From: an uncultured Chloroflexia bacterium
GTDB taxonomy: Bacteria; Chloroflexota; Anaerolineae; CG2-30-64-16
Direction: 5' to 3'
Length of the DNA stretch: 64,000 bases
Assembly (NCBI GenBank): GCA_963837925.1
Contig: CAWIPK010000008.1
Span: 90,708 to 154,707 of the forward strand
This document shows, piece by piece, positions 50,901 to 60,787 of this stretch (position 1 is the first letter of the stretch; every line of letters begins with the position of its first letter). The position numbers and the translations under genes were made by a program. Under the pieces are notes generated by a model. The model saw only the letters and a program-made list of their open reading frames with translations, made no database searches and was not told the DNA's origin.

Positions 50901-53900
50901 GCAGTGGCTCGCACCGGCGCCGCCTCAACCCCGGCGGGCGATGACCCGGTCAAGTTGCAGGTGCTGGCCCTCGTCGCCGACAAGACCGGTTATCCCCAGG
51001 ATATGCTGGATCTCGACCTGGACCTGGAGGCCGACCTGGGTATCGATACGGTCAAGCAGGCCGAGACCTTCGCTGCAATCCGCCAACTATTCGACATCCC
51101 CCGGCTCGAGAACCTGAAGCTGCGGGATTATCCCACCCTGGCCAGTGTGATCGGCTTCGTCTACGAGATGCGCCCCGACCTGGCACCACCCGCCGCCGGC
51201 GCTCCTCGAGATGGGGCTGAAGGTGCGGGCGAAGGGGCGGCCGGTGGGGCCACCGTCCCCGTGGTCGAGCCGCCGTCGCCCGCCGCCGAGGCTGCCGCCG
51301 GCGCGCCTGCCAGTGGGCCAGAAGCCGCGGCCATGGCAGATGCCGGCTTGGCCGCCGCCCTGGCCGAAGCGGACCGGATTCCCCGCCGTATCCCCATGCC
51401 CGAGCTGCGGCCGGTCCTCGACTTGTGCAAGCCCAGCGGGGTTACTCTCGACGGCGACACCCGCGTCGTGGTTGTCGCCGACCAGGGCGGCGCCGGGAAG
51501 GCGCTCGCCGAGGCGCTTGAACAGCGCGGCGTGAGGGTAATGGAGGTGAAAGGCAGCCCGGCGGCCGGCGCCTTGGAGGCGCAGATCAAGGGCTGGCTGG
51601 CGGAGGGGCCCATCCAGGGCGTGTATTGGTTGCCGGCGCTGGATGAAGAGCCGGCTATCGAGCAGATGGGGCCGGCAGATTGGCAAGACGCCGTCCGCCT
51701 GAGGGTCAAGAATCTCTACACCACTATGCGCGCGCTCTACGAATCGGTCGCGACCGGTGGCACCTTCCTCGTGTCGGCCACCCGCCTCGGCGGGCTGCAC
51801 GGCTACGACCCAGAAGGCGCGTCGGCGCCACTAGGCGGCGCCGTCACCGGCTTCACCAAGGCCTACAAGCGGGAGCGCCCGGAGGTTCTCGTCAAGGCGG
51901 TGGATTTTGCGGTGGAAGCTGCGCCTGGCGAGCTGGCCGAGCGGTTGCTGGCCGAGACGCTCGCCGACCCGGGCGCAGTCGAGATCGGCTACCGGGCCGG
52001 CCGGCGCTACAGCGTTGCTCTGCAAGAGGTCTCTGCAGTCGACGGTCAGCCGGGCATGCACCTGGATGACGAAAGCGTATTCCTGATCACCGGCGCCGCG
52101 GGGGGCATCACGAGCGCGATCGTGACCGATCTGGCGGTTGCCAGCCGGGGGACCTTCTACCTGCTGGACCTGGTGCCCGCTCCAGATCCCGCCAATCCGC
52201 TGATCCCGCTTCTCGATGGCGACCGCAAGGCACTCAAGGCAAAGCTGAATGAGTCGCTCAAGGCGGCCGGCGAGCGGCCAACCCCGGTCAAGATCGACAA
52301 ACAAATCCTGACGCTCGAGCGAGACGCTGCGCTCTTGCGCATGCTCGAGGCGATCCGGTTGGCCGGCGGCACTGCCCACTATCACAGCGCCAACCTGCTC
52401 GATCCCGCCTCCGTGAACGCGGTCGTCGACGAGATTCGCCGGCGCCACGGGCGCATCGACGTCCTGCTGCACGCGGCCGGGCTCGAGGTCAGCCGCACGC
52501 TGCCCGACAAGGAGCCCAAGGAGTTCGATCTGGTCTTCGACGTCAAGGCGGAGGGGCTGTTCAACCTGGTTCAGGCCACGCGGGGCCTGCCCATCGGGGC
52601 CGTGGTCGGCTTCAGCTCGGTGGCAGCTCGCTTCGGCAACGCCGGCCAGACCGACTACAGCGCGGCCAATGACCTGCTCTGCAAGGTGCTCAGCAGCATG
52701 CGCCGCTGGCGCGCGGAAACGCGGGCCATCGCCATCGACTGGACGGCCTGGGCGGGCATCGGCATGGCCACCCGTGGCTCCATCCCACGCATCATGGAGC
52801 AGGCCGGCATCGATATGCTGCCTCCCGAGTGCGGCGTGCCGACCATTCGGCGCGAGCTGACGGCCGGTGGCACGCGCGGCGAGGTGGTGATCGCTCAGCG
52901 CCTGGGGATTATGCTGGAGGAGTTCGACCCGACTGGCGGGCTCGACACAGAGAAGCTCGCTTCTCGCCTGGCCGCACGCGCTCGGCCCCTGCCGATGCTC
53001 GGCGCTGTCAAGGGAGCAGCGCTGCACGCTGGCCTGCAAGTCGAAACCACCCTCGATCCTCGGGTCCAGCCGTTCCTGGCCGACCATGCGATGGAAGGGA
53101 CCCCGCTCTTGCCGGGCGTCATGGGACTCGAGGCTTTTGCCGAGCTATCGAGCCTCATGACAGGCGATCGCGACCCCGGCCTTCATCCGGTGTTCAAGAT
53201 CGCGAACATACAGTTCGCCAGTCCCTTCAAATACTACCGCTGCGAGCCGCGCAGCTTCCTGCTCAGTGCACATGCTCATCCTGCCCAGAACGCCGGCCTG
53301 GTGGCTCATGTCGAACTCACCTCGACCATCCAGCCGCCGGTGCGCGGCCGCACCGCCGCGGCCCCGAAAGACACCGCATCCATAGCAATCGGCGCCGTTC
53401 CCTTGCCGGGCGGTCCCAAGCTGCATTTCGTCGCCGATGTTCGACTCGACGCGCAGGCGGAGGCGGGCCCGGCCAGGGCCTTCAGTGCTCCTTCTCCCGA
53501 TGCGCTCTCGATCCCGGCCGCCGATATTTACCGGGTGTATTTCCACGGACCGGCCTACCAGGTGATCGAAAGGGCGGAGGTTTCCGGCGATACGGTGACG
53601 GCGCTGATGGCCGCTAACCTCCCGCCAGCTACGGAACCGGCGGACGCCGAGACTTCTGATGGCGCCCCGCCTGATCGAGCTATGCTTCCAGGCCGCCGGT
53701 CTCTGGCTGATCCAGAACAAGGGAGTTATGGCCCTACCGATGGCCCTTGCGGCAGTGGAGGTCTATCACCGGCCGGAAGAAGCCGAGGGCAAACGGCTTT
53801 ACGCCCTGGTGAACGCCGTCAGCGAGGACGGCGTCCGGGACGGCGGCGAGGACGGCATCGAATTCGACGCCCAGGTGGTGGACGAGACGGGCAAGGTCTA

Positions 53901-53961
53901 CGTGGCCCTCAGCGGCTATCGGACCGTCCCATTGCCCGGTGACGTCAGCCTGGGTGCCTGA
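44937..53961 (+). CDS. Type I PKS/FAS-like (PfaA-related) megasynthase KS-AT-KS-ACPx3-KR-DH (+1 frameshift ~53655)
   Basis: KS1 DAACASS/HGTST/GHLK; AT GQGSQ/GHSLG/HAFH; KS2 NAACAST/SHETYT/TGHPM; 3x [14 protein letters not shown]; [16 protein letters not shown]; [14 protein letters not shown] with PRLIELCFQ in the shifted frame. Confidence 0.92.
50259..50826 (+). repeat. 217-bp identical direct repeat (ACP1 50259-50475, ACP2 50610-50826)
   Basis: Base-by-base reading shows two identical copies; ACP3 has diverged at synonymous sites. Confidence 0.9.
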
Positions 53962-54006
53962 GTTCGCTCGCAAATTGAAGCGTGGCGGCGAAGACCCGCC
54001 CGTGCC

Positions 54007-54038
54007 GGCGCAGCGGCTGCGATCACAGCCGCTGCGCC
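54007..54038. repeat. Perfect 13-bp stem hairpin without a U-tract
   Basis: GGCGCAGCGGCTG-CGATCA-CAGCCGCTGCGCC between the megasynthase and the carboxyltransferase. Confidence 0.75.
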
Positions 54039-54069
54039 CCCGAAATCGCACAGAGTTGGGAGGAATTGT

Positions 54070-55614
54070 ATGAAAGACCGGTTAGCGGAGTTGCAGGAGA
54101 GGTACGCGAAAGCGGAGGCCGGCGGCGGCGAAGCGCGTATCGCTGAACAGCACGCGAAGGGCAAGATGACCGCCCGCGAACGGATCGCCTACCTCGTCGA
54201 TCCGGACAGCTTTCAGGAGTTCGGCCATCTGATGACTCATCGCATGACCGATTTTGGCATGGCCGGCAAGGCTTTTCCCGGCGACGGCGTCGTAACCGGC
54301 CTGGGAAAGATCAACGGGCGCCGCGCGGCGATTTTTGCGCAAGATTTCACCGTCCTCGGCGGGTCATTTTCGGAGGTCCAATCGCAGAAAGTTTGTCGCC
54401 TGATGGATATGGCCCAGGACAGCGGGATCCCGATCATCGGTTTGCTTGACTCGGGTGGCGCGCGCATCCAGGAGGGCGTGCGGTCTCTGTCGGCCTACGG
54501 GCAGCTCTTTGTGCGCAACGTCCTGGCTTCGGGGGTAGTGCCGCAGATCTCCGTACAGATGGGCCCGTGCGCAGGCGGCCAGGTCTACTCGCCGGCGCTC
54601 ACGGACTTCATCGTGATGGTGCAGAGGACGAGCTTCATGTTCATCACCGGGCCCGAGGTCATCAAGTCGGTCACGGGTGAACAGGTCGACTTCGAGTCGC
54701 TCGGTGGCGCGCAGGTGCAAAACAGCGCCAGCGGTGTGGCCCACTTCGCCGCCGAGGACGAGTGCGCCGCGCTCGACCTTACCAAGCAACTTCTCTGCTA
54801 CCTACCGCAGAACAACACCGACGAGCCGCCGTGCACGGGTCCCCAGGATGACCCGAACCGCCGCGATTCGGCCTTGAACAGTCTGGTACCGGAGGACAGA
54901 AACAAGCCCTACGACATGCACGCGGCCCTTCAGAGCATTTTCGACGTGGACAGTTTCCTCGAAGTGCAGGCTCAATTCGCGCAGAACGCGATCGTCGGGT
55001 TTGCCCGGCTGGACGGGCGTCCGGTCGGCGTCGTCGCCAACCAACCCGCGTACCTGGCCGGTGTATTGGACATCAACTCGGCCGACAAGATCGGGCGTTT
55101 CGTGCGCTTCTGTGACGCCTTCAACTTCCCGATCGTCACCTTCGTCGATTCACCCGGCTATTTACCCGGCGTTGACCAGGAGCACGGCGGGATCATCCGG
55201 CATGGTGCCAAAGTGATTTATGCCTACTGCGAGGCGACGGTGCCGAAGATCAGCGTGGTGTGTGGCAAGGCGGTCGGTGGGGCCTACATCGCCATGAGCA
55301 GCAAGATGATGCGCTCGGATCTGGCATTTGCCTGGCCGACGGCGGAGATCACGGTGATGGGGCCGGAGGGTGCGGTCAACATCCTCTACCGCGCCGAGCT
55401 CGCCAAGGCCGCGGACCCTGTGCAGCGGCGCCAGGAACTCGTGGACGAATACTCGGAGCGTTTCCAGACCCCATACGCGGCTGCAGAAATGGGCTTCGTC
55501 GACGAGGTGATCGAGCCGGCCGTCACCCGCCCACGCCTGATCGCCGCCCTGCAATACTTACGCAGCAAGTCGCAATGCAACCCGCCGCGGAAGCATGGTA
55601 ATATCCCGCTCTAA
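54070..55614 (+). CDS. Acyl-CoA carboxyltransferase beta subunit (PccB/MmdA/transcarboxylase 12S-like)
   Basis: GKMTARERI, GDGVVTG, DSGGARIQEG, GPCAGG, GGIIRHGAK, VMGPEGA, KHGNIPL. Confidence 0.94.
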   Translation: MKDRLAELQERYAKAEAGGGEARIAEQHAKGKMTARERIAYLVDPDSFQEFGHLMTHRMTDFGMAGKAFPGDGVVTGLGKINGRRAAIFAQDFTVLGGSFSEVQSQKVCRLMDMAQDSGIPIIGLLDSGGARIQEGVRSLSAYGQLFVRNVLASGVVPQISVQMGPCAGGQVYSPALTDFIVMVQRTSFMFITGPEVIKSVTGEQVDFESLGGAQVQNSASGVAHFAAEDECAALDLTKQLLCYLPQNNTDEPPCTGPQDDPNRRDSALNSLVPEDRNKPYDMHAALQSIFDVDSFLEVQAQFAQNAIVGFARLDGRPVGVVANQPAYLAGVLDINSADKIGRFVRFCDAFNFPIVTFVDSPGYLPGVDQEHGGIIRHGAKVIYAYCEATVPKISVVCGKAVGGAYIAMSSKMMRSDLAFAWPTAEITVMGPEGAVNILYRAELAKAADPVQRRQELVDEYSERFQTPYAAAEMGFVDEVIEPAVTRPRLIAALQYLRSKSQCNPPRKHGNIPL

Positions 55615-55631
55615 TCGGAGGACAGCCGCCA

Positions 55632-57149
55632 ATGAATGAGAACCGCGCTAACCCGCTGAAGATAACCGATGTCGTGCTGCGCGATGGGCACCAGTCGCTG
55701 CTGGCGACCCGCATGCGCACAGAAGACATGCTGCCGATTGCGGAGCAGCTTGATGATATCGGCTTCTGGTCGCTCGAAGTCTGGGGCGGGGCCACCTTTG
55801 ACACCTGCCTGCGCTTCCTGAACGAAGATCCCTGGGAGCGCCTCCGCCAGTTGAAAGCGCTCATCAAGAAGACCCCGCTGCAGATGTTGCTGCGTGGCCA
55901 GAACGTGGTGGGCTACCGCAACTATCCAGACGACGTGCTCGAGCGCTTTATCGTCAAGGCGCGCGAGAACGGCATGGACATTTTCCGCATTTTCGACGCC
56001 CTCAACGACATCCGCAACATGCAGACCGCCATGCGCCTGGCCAAGCGCGAGGGCGCGCATGTCCAGGCAACGGTTTGCTATACGATCAGCCCGGTACACA
56101 CCGTCGACACGTTCGTCGAGATGGGCAAGCGCCTGGCCGAGCTGGGCGCCGACTCCATCTGCATCAAGGATATGGCCGGCCTCATCACGCCCTACGTGGC
56201 CTATGAGCTGGTCTCGAAGCTAAAGGCCACGGTCGCGGTGCCGATTCACCTGCACTCGCACTATACGAGCGGCATGGCCTCGGCAGCCTGCGTCAAGGCT
56301 GCAGAGGCAGGTGTTGACATAATCGATTCTGCCATCTCCACGCTGTCGCTGGCCACCTCGCACCCGCCGACCGAGACCATGGTCGCCATCTTCAAGGACA
56401 CGCCGCGTGACACGGGGCTGGATCTCGAGAAGTTGAGCAAGATCGCGGCCTATTTCGGCCAGGTGCGCAAGAAGTACCATGCCTTTGAGTCCCAGTTCGT
56501 CGGCGTCGACACCAACGTGCTGACCTTCCAGATCCCCGGCGGCATGTATTCCAACCTGGCCAGCCAGCTTCGCGAGCAGAACGCCTTGGACAAACTGCCT
56601 CTGCTGTTGGCCGAGATACCGCGCGTGCGCGCCGAGCTGGGCTACCCGCCGCTCGTCACGCCGTCCAGCCAGTTCGTGGGCACCCAGGCCACCCTGAATG
56701 TGATCCTGGGCGAGCGGTACAAGGTGATCCCCAAGGAGATCAAGGCCTACGTCAAGGGTCTGTATGGCAAGTCGCCGGGGCCGATCGATCCCCTGGTGCA
56801 AAAGCTGGCGATCGGTGACGAGGAAGTGGTCGAGTGTCGTCCGGCCGACCTGCTCGCGCCGGAGATGGAGAAAGCAGCCGCCGAGGTGGGCGGCCTTGCG
56901 CGCAGCGAAGAAGACGTGATCAGCTACGCGCTCTTCGGACCGGTCGCCCGCGAGTTCCTGGAAAAGCGGGAAACCGGCGATCTGCTAGAAAAGGAGGTCG
57001 TCGCCGCGATCGCTGCGGCGCTGATCCCCGCGCGGGCGAATGGTAGCCCGTTCCTTCCCGAAAGTGCTGCCGTCCCAGACGGTGATGGTTCGGGCTGGAT
57101 GACGGCCAGGCGTGCGTGGTTGAACAGACCGTCATGGAGGAACGAATGA
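55632..57149 (+). CDS. Pyruvate/oxaloacetate carboxyltransferase (transcarboxylase 5S/OadA/PycB-like), no biotinyl domain
   Basis: LRDGHQSLLATRM, EVWGGATFD, CIKDMAG, LHSH, PGGM, GYPPLVTPSSQ; no EAMKM motif. Confidence 0.92.
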   Translation: MNENRANPLKITDVVLRDGHQSLLATRMRTEDMLPIAEQLDDIGFWSLEVWGGATFDTCLRFLNEDPWERLRQLKALIKKTPLQMLLRGQNVVGYRNYPDDVLERFIVKARENGMDIFRIFDALNDIRNMQTAMRLAKREGAHVQATVCYTISPVHTVDTFVEMGKRLAELGADSICIKDMAGLITPYVAYELVSKLKATVAVPIHLHSHYTSGMASAACVKAAEAGVDIIDSAISTLSLATSHPPTETMVAIFKDTPRDTGLDLEKLSKIAAYFGQVRKKYHAFESQFVGVDTNVLTFQIPGGMYSNLASQLREQNALDKLPLLLAEIPRVRAELGYPPLVTPSSQFVGTQATLNVILGERYKVIPKEIKAYVKGLYGKSPGPIDPLVQKLAIGDEEVVECRPADLLAPEMEKAAAEVGGLARSEEDVISYALFGPVAREFLEKRETGDLLEKEVVAAIAAALIPARANGSPFLPESAAVPDGDGSGWMTARRAWLNRPSWRNE

Positions 57150-57625
57150 AGCTGAAGGTCGATGGCCGGAGTTACGATGTCGAGTTGCAGCTGGACGCGG
57201 TGGTCGTGGGCGGCGTTACCCTCAAGACCACCGTGCTTCACGATAATGGCGAAGCCACGGTGAGGGTGGGTGGGCGGCCGTACAAGGTGAAGGTCAAGGA
57301 CGAAGGGACGGTACTCGTCGACGGCCGGCAGTTCACGGTTGAGGTGAACGGCTACGGCTCGGTCGGCCGTTCAGCGCCAAAGCCCGTCAAGGTCCCGCTC
57401 AACGGCAACGCCAAGGGCGCAGTGTTCGCTCCTATGCCCGGCAAGGTCCTGTCGCTGCGCGTGCAAGAAGGCGACCGGGTCGCGAGCGACGCCGTGCTGC
57501 TGATCCTGGAAGCCATGAAGATGATGAACGAGATTAAGGCTCCCTGCGAGGGCATCGTGAAGCGCATCTCCGTGGCGCCCGGTCAAACGGTGAACAATGG
57601 CGACGTCATGCTGATCGTCGAATGA
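57146..57625 (+). CDS. Biotin carboxyl carrier protein (1.3S-like)
   Basis: APMPGKV, LEAMKM; ATGA overlap with the upstream gene. Confidence 0.93.
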   Translation: MKLKVDGRSYDVELQLDAVVVGGVTLKTTVLHDNGEATVRVGGRPYKVKVKDEGTVLVDGRQFTVEVNGYGSVGRSAPKPVKVPLNGNAKGAVFAPMPGKVLSLRVQEGDRVASDAVLLILEAMKMMNEIKAPCEGIVKRISVAPGQTVNNGDVMLIVE

Positions 57626-57666
57626 TCGCCGCACGGTAGGGGAACCGCGAAGTCAGGCAGGAGGCT

Positions 57667-59652
57667 ATGAATATGGACATCCCCGCGTACGTAAACAACC
57701 GCCGGTTGCGCATCTGGGTTCAGGAGATGATTGCCCTGTGCAAGCCCGATAGCGTGCACTGGTGTGACGGTTCACAACAGGAATATGACGCGCTCTGCGA
57801 GCAGATGGTGAATTCGGGCACGTTCATCCGGCTCAATCAGGAAAAGCGGCCTGGCTGCTTCTTGTGCCGCTCTGACCCGAGCGACGTGGCGCGCGTCGAG
57901 GACCGCACGTTCATCTGCAGTTGCGGCAAAGAAGATGCCGGGCCGACCAACAACTGGGTCGACCCGCAGGCCATGCGCACGACCCTGACCGGTCTCTTCG
58001 ACGGCTGCATGCGCGGGCGCACGATGTTCGTCATCCCCTTCAGCATGGGGCCGCTGGGCTCTCCCATCGCCCACATCGGGATCGAGATCACGGATTCACC
58101 CTACGTCGTCGCCAACATGCGGATCATGACCAGGATGGGACGCCGGGTGCTCGACGTGCTTGGCGATGGGGAGTTCGTGCCTTGCCTGCACTCCGTTGGC
58201 ATGCCACTGACCCCTGGCCAGCCTGACGTTCCCTGGCCGTGCAATAGCGAGCACAAGTACATCGTCCACTTCCCCGAAGACCGGTCTATCTGGTCCTTCG
58301 GGAGCGGCTACGGCGGCAATGCTTTGCTGGGCAAGAAGTGCTTTGCGCTGCGCATTGCCTCGGTCATCGCCCGGGACGACGACTGGCTGGCCGAGCACAT
58401 GCTCATCCTCGGCCTCGAGTCGCCGGAAGGTGAGAAGACCTACGTCGCGGCGGCTTTCCCAAGCGCCAGCGGCAAGACGAACTTCGCCATGCTGATCCCG
58501 CCGGAGGCCTTTGCCGGCTGGAAGGTAACCACCGTCGGCGATGACATCGCCTGGATCAAGCGCGGCCCCGATGGGCGGATCTACGCCATCAATCCCGAAG
58601 CGGGCTTCTTCGGCGTCGCCCCGGGCACCTCGGAAAGCTCGAACGCCAACGCCATGGCCTCCATCGCCCGCAACACGATCTTCACCAACGTCGCGCTGAC
58701 ACCCGACGGTGACGTCTGGTGGGAGGGTATGACCAAGGCTCCGCCGCCGGAGCTGATCGACTGGCGCGGTCAGCCCTGGACACCAGAGAGCGGGCGTCCG
58801 GCCGCACACCCCAATGCGCGCTTCACCGCCCCGGCATCCCAGTGCCCTTCGATCGACGAGGGCTGGGAAAACCCGCGTGGCGTGCCGATCAGCGCCTTTA
58901 TCTTCGGCGGGCGGCGCAGCAGCGTGGTTCCCCTGGTCTACCAGGCCTTCAATTGGAGCTACGGGGTGTATACGGCGGCCACCATGGGCGCGGAGACGAC
59001 GGCCGCAGCCGCGGGCCAGGTTGGCGAGGTGCGGCGGGATCCGATGGCCATGCTGCCGTTCTGTGGCCACCACATGGGCGACTACATCAACCACTGGCTG
59101 CAGTTCGGCCGCACGCTCCGCAACCCGCCGCCCATCTTCAACGTCAATTGGTTCCGCAAGGACGGGGAGGGCCATTTCCTCTGGCCCGGATTCGGCCAGA
59201 ACATGCGCATCCTCAAGTGGATCGTGGAACGGGCACACGGGCGGGCCAGCGGCGTCGAAAGCCCGGTTGGCTGGATGCCATGTTACGAGGACATCGACTG
59301 GCGCGGCCTGGAGGACTTCTCGCCCAGGCAGTTTCAGGAGATCATGGGGGTCGACCGCGATCAGTGGAAACAGGAGGTCCTCTCCCACGACGCGCTCTTT
59401 GTCAAGATCTACGACCGGCTGCCGAAGGAGATGATCTTCATTCGGGAGCTGATGCTCTCGGCGCTCTGGCGCTCGCCGGAACGCTGGGACCTGATTGCGG
59501 AGGACGTGAACGGCGCGGACGCCCTTCGTGGCGCGGCCTCTCTTGCCGAGGGGCAGGCCCCCACGCTTGGTCAGGCGGCCGAAGCGAACGGCAAGGCCGC
59601 GACCGGCGGCGAGCTCGCCGGGCAGGCAGCGCCGGCATGGGGTGTGCATTGA
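57667..59652 (+). CDS. pckG: Phosphoenolpyruvate carboxykinase (GTP)
   Basis: [64 protein letters not shown]. Confidence 0.95.
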   Translation: MNMDIPAYVNNRRLRIWVQEMIALCKPDSVHWCDGSQQEYDALCEQMVNSGTFIRLNQEKRPGCFLCRSDPSDVARVEDRTFICSCGKEDAGPTNNWVDPQAMRTTLTGLFDGCMRGRTMFVIPFSMGPLGSPIAHIGIEITDSPYVVANMRIMTRMGRRVLDVLGDGEFVPCLHSVGMPLTPGQPDVPWPCNSEHKYIVHFPEDRSIWSFGSGYGGNALLGKKCFALRIASVIARDDDWLAEHMLILGLESPEGEKTYVAAAFPSASGKTNFAMLIPPEAFAGWKVTTVGDDIAWIKRGPDGRIYAINPEAGFFGVAPGTSESSNANAMASIARNTIFTNVALTPDGDVWWEGMTKAPPPELIDWRGQPWTPESGRPAAHPNARFTAPASQCPSIDEGWENPRGVPISAFIFGGRRSSVVPLVYQAFNWSYGVYTAATMGAETTAAAAGQVGEVRRDPMAMLPFCGHHMGDYINHWLQFGRTLRNPPPIFNVNWFRKDGEGHFLWPGFGQNMRILKWIVERAHGRASGVESPVGWMPCYEDIDWRGLEDFSPRQFQEIMGVDRDQWKQEVLSHDALFVKIYDRLPKEMIFIRELMLSALWRSPERWDLIAEDVNGADALRGAASLAEGQAPTLGQAAEANGKAATGGELAGQAAPAWGVH

Positions 59653-59691
59653 TGAGTGGAGCGGACCATAATCGACTTGGGAGGTGCTGAG

Positions 59692-59934
59692 ATGCCTGTG
59701 TTCGAGGTCAAGATCGATCAGAAGACGTACCACGTAGACATTCCGTGGCTGGGCGCCAAACCGCTGCCGGTGATCGTGGATGGGCGCCCGCTCCAGCTTG
59801 TGATCGGCGAGGCGCAGGGCCCGGCGGCGCAGGAGTTCAAAGAGGCCGAGCTGCAGGCCGAACAACGGCTCACGCTGTTCACGAGTGGAAGACCCGTGCC
59901 GGCTGAGTGGCACGCGAGCATCCGAGAGGAATAA
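59692..59934 (+). CDS. Small protein resembling the N-terminal docking region of biotin carriers
   Basis: GGAGGT RBS; FEVKIDQKTYHVDI..VIVDGRP resembles KLKVDGRSYDVEL of the carrier; no MKM motif. Confidence 0.6.
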   Translation: MPVFEVKIDQKTYHVDIPWLGAKPLPVIVDGRPLQLVIGEAQGPAAQEFKEAELQAEQRLTLFTSGRPVPAEWHASIREE

Positions 59935-59974
59935 AGATCTGGCGGTCCTACGCCGGCCATGGAGGCATTACGAG

Positions 59975-60547
59975 ATGACTGCGGTGAATGTTTTTCGTCC
60001 GGCGCTGCGGCGCTATAGCCTGGCTTATGATTCGGCCTGCATGGTGGCCGGTAGCCTGCTGGTCGCGCTAAGCGCCCAGGTAGCGCTCCCGCTGCCCTTC
60101 AGTCCCGTTCCAATCACGGGCCAGACACTAGCCGCGCTGCTCGTAGGCGCATTACTGGGTAGGCGCCTCGGCGCAGGCGCGCTGCTGATTTACCTCGCCC
60201 AAGGCGCTCTCGGCCTGCCGGTCTTTGCCGGCGGTGGCCTCGGGCTTGCCCGGCTGGCCGGTCCAACCGGTGGCTTCCTGGCCGGCCTGGTCGTCGCTGC
60301 CTATCTGGTGGGCTGGCTGGCCGAACGCGGCTGGGATCGGCGCCCCGCCACGACGGTGCTTGCCATGCTGTTCGGCAACGCCGTGATCTATGCAATTGGT
60401 CTGATCTGGTTGGCCCGTTTCGTGGGTGCCGGCCAGCTGTTGGCAGCGGGGCTGCTGCCATTCATCCCCGGCGACTTGCTGAAGATTGCGCTGGCTGCCG
60501 GGCTCCTGCCCTCGGCCTGGACCTTGTTCGGGCGAGCGCAGAAGTAG
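59975..60547 (+). CDS. bioY: Biotin transporter BioY
   Basis: PFSPVPITGQT, GLPVFAGG, GPTGGFL, PFIPGDLLK. Confidence 0.93.
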   Translation: MTAVNVFRPALRRYSLAYDSACMVAGSLLVALSAQVALPLPFSPVPITGQTLAALLVGALLGRRLGAGALLIYLAQGALGLPVFAGGGLGLARLAGPTGGFLAGLVVAAYLVGWLAERGWDRRPATTVLAMLFGNAVIYAIGLIWLARFVGAGQLLAAGLLPFIPGDLLKIALAAGLLPSAWTLFGRAQK

Positions 60548-60787
60548 AGTCAGGCGCAAGCCTCCTCCGCCAAACTGCGGGGTTACCGTTCCGATGAAGA
60601 CGCGACCGTCATCAAAGGACAGGTAACCCCGCTCAATTTGCACCCTTCCCGGCGCTCGATTCGCGCCTGGCTGTGTTCAGGCTTATAATGCGGTCGTATC
60701 GCCCAGGTCCCGGTCCCGGCCTGGGCAGGTTGAGGTTCATGTCTTCGCGCACTTTAGCCGGCTGAGAGCCTGCAGTCTGGAGCGTTT

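Noticed and set aside
53655-53961. Separate 100-aa gene or programmed frameshift at the end of the synthase
   Set aside because: The shifted frame holds the second DH motif (PRLIELCFQ) and there is no slippery site; one extra T explains it.
54070-57625. Na+-pumping oxaloacetate or methylmalonyl-CoA decarboxylase
   Set aside because: No membrane beta subunit in the window; not excluded genome-wide.
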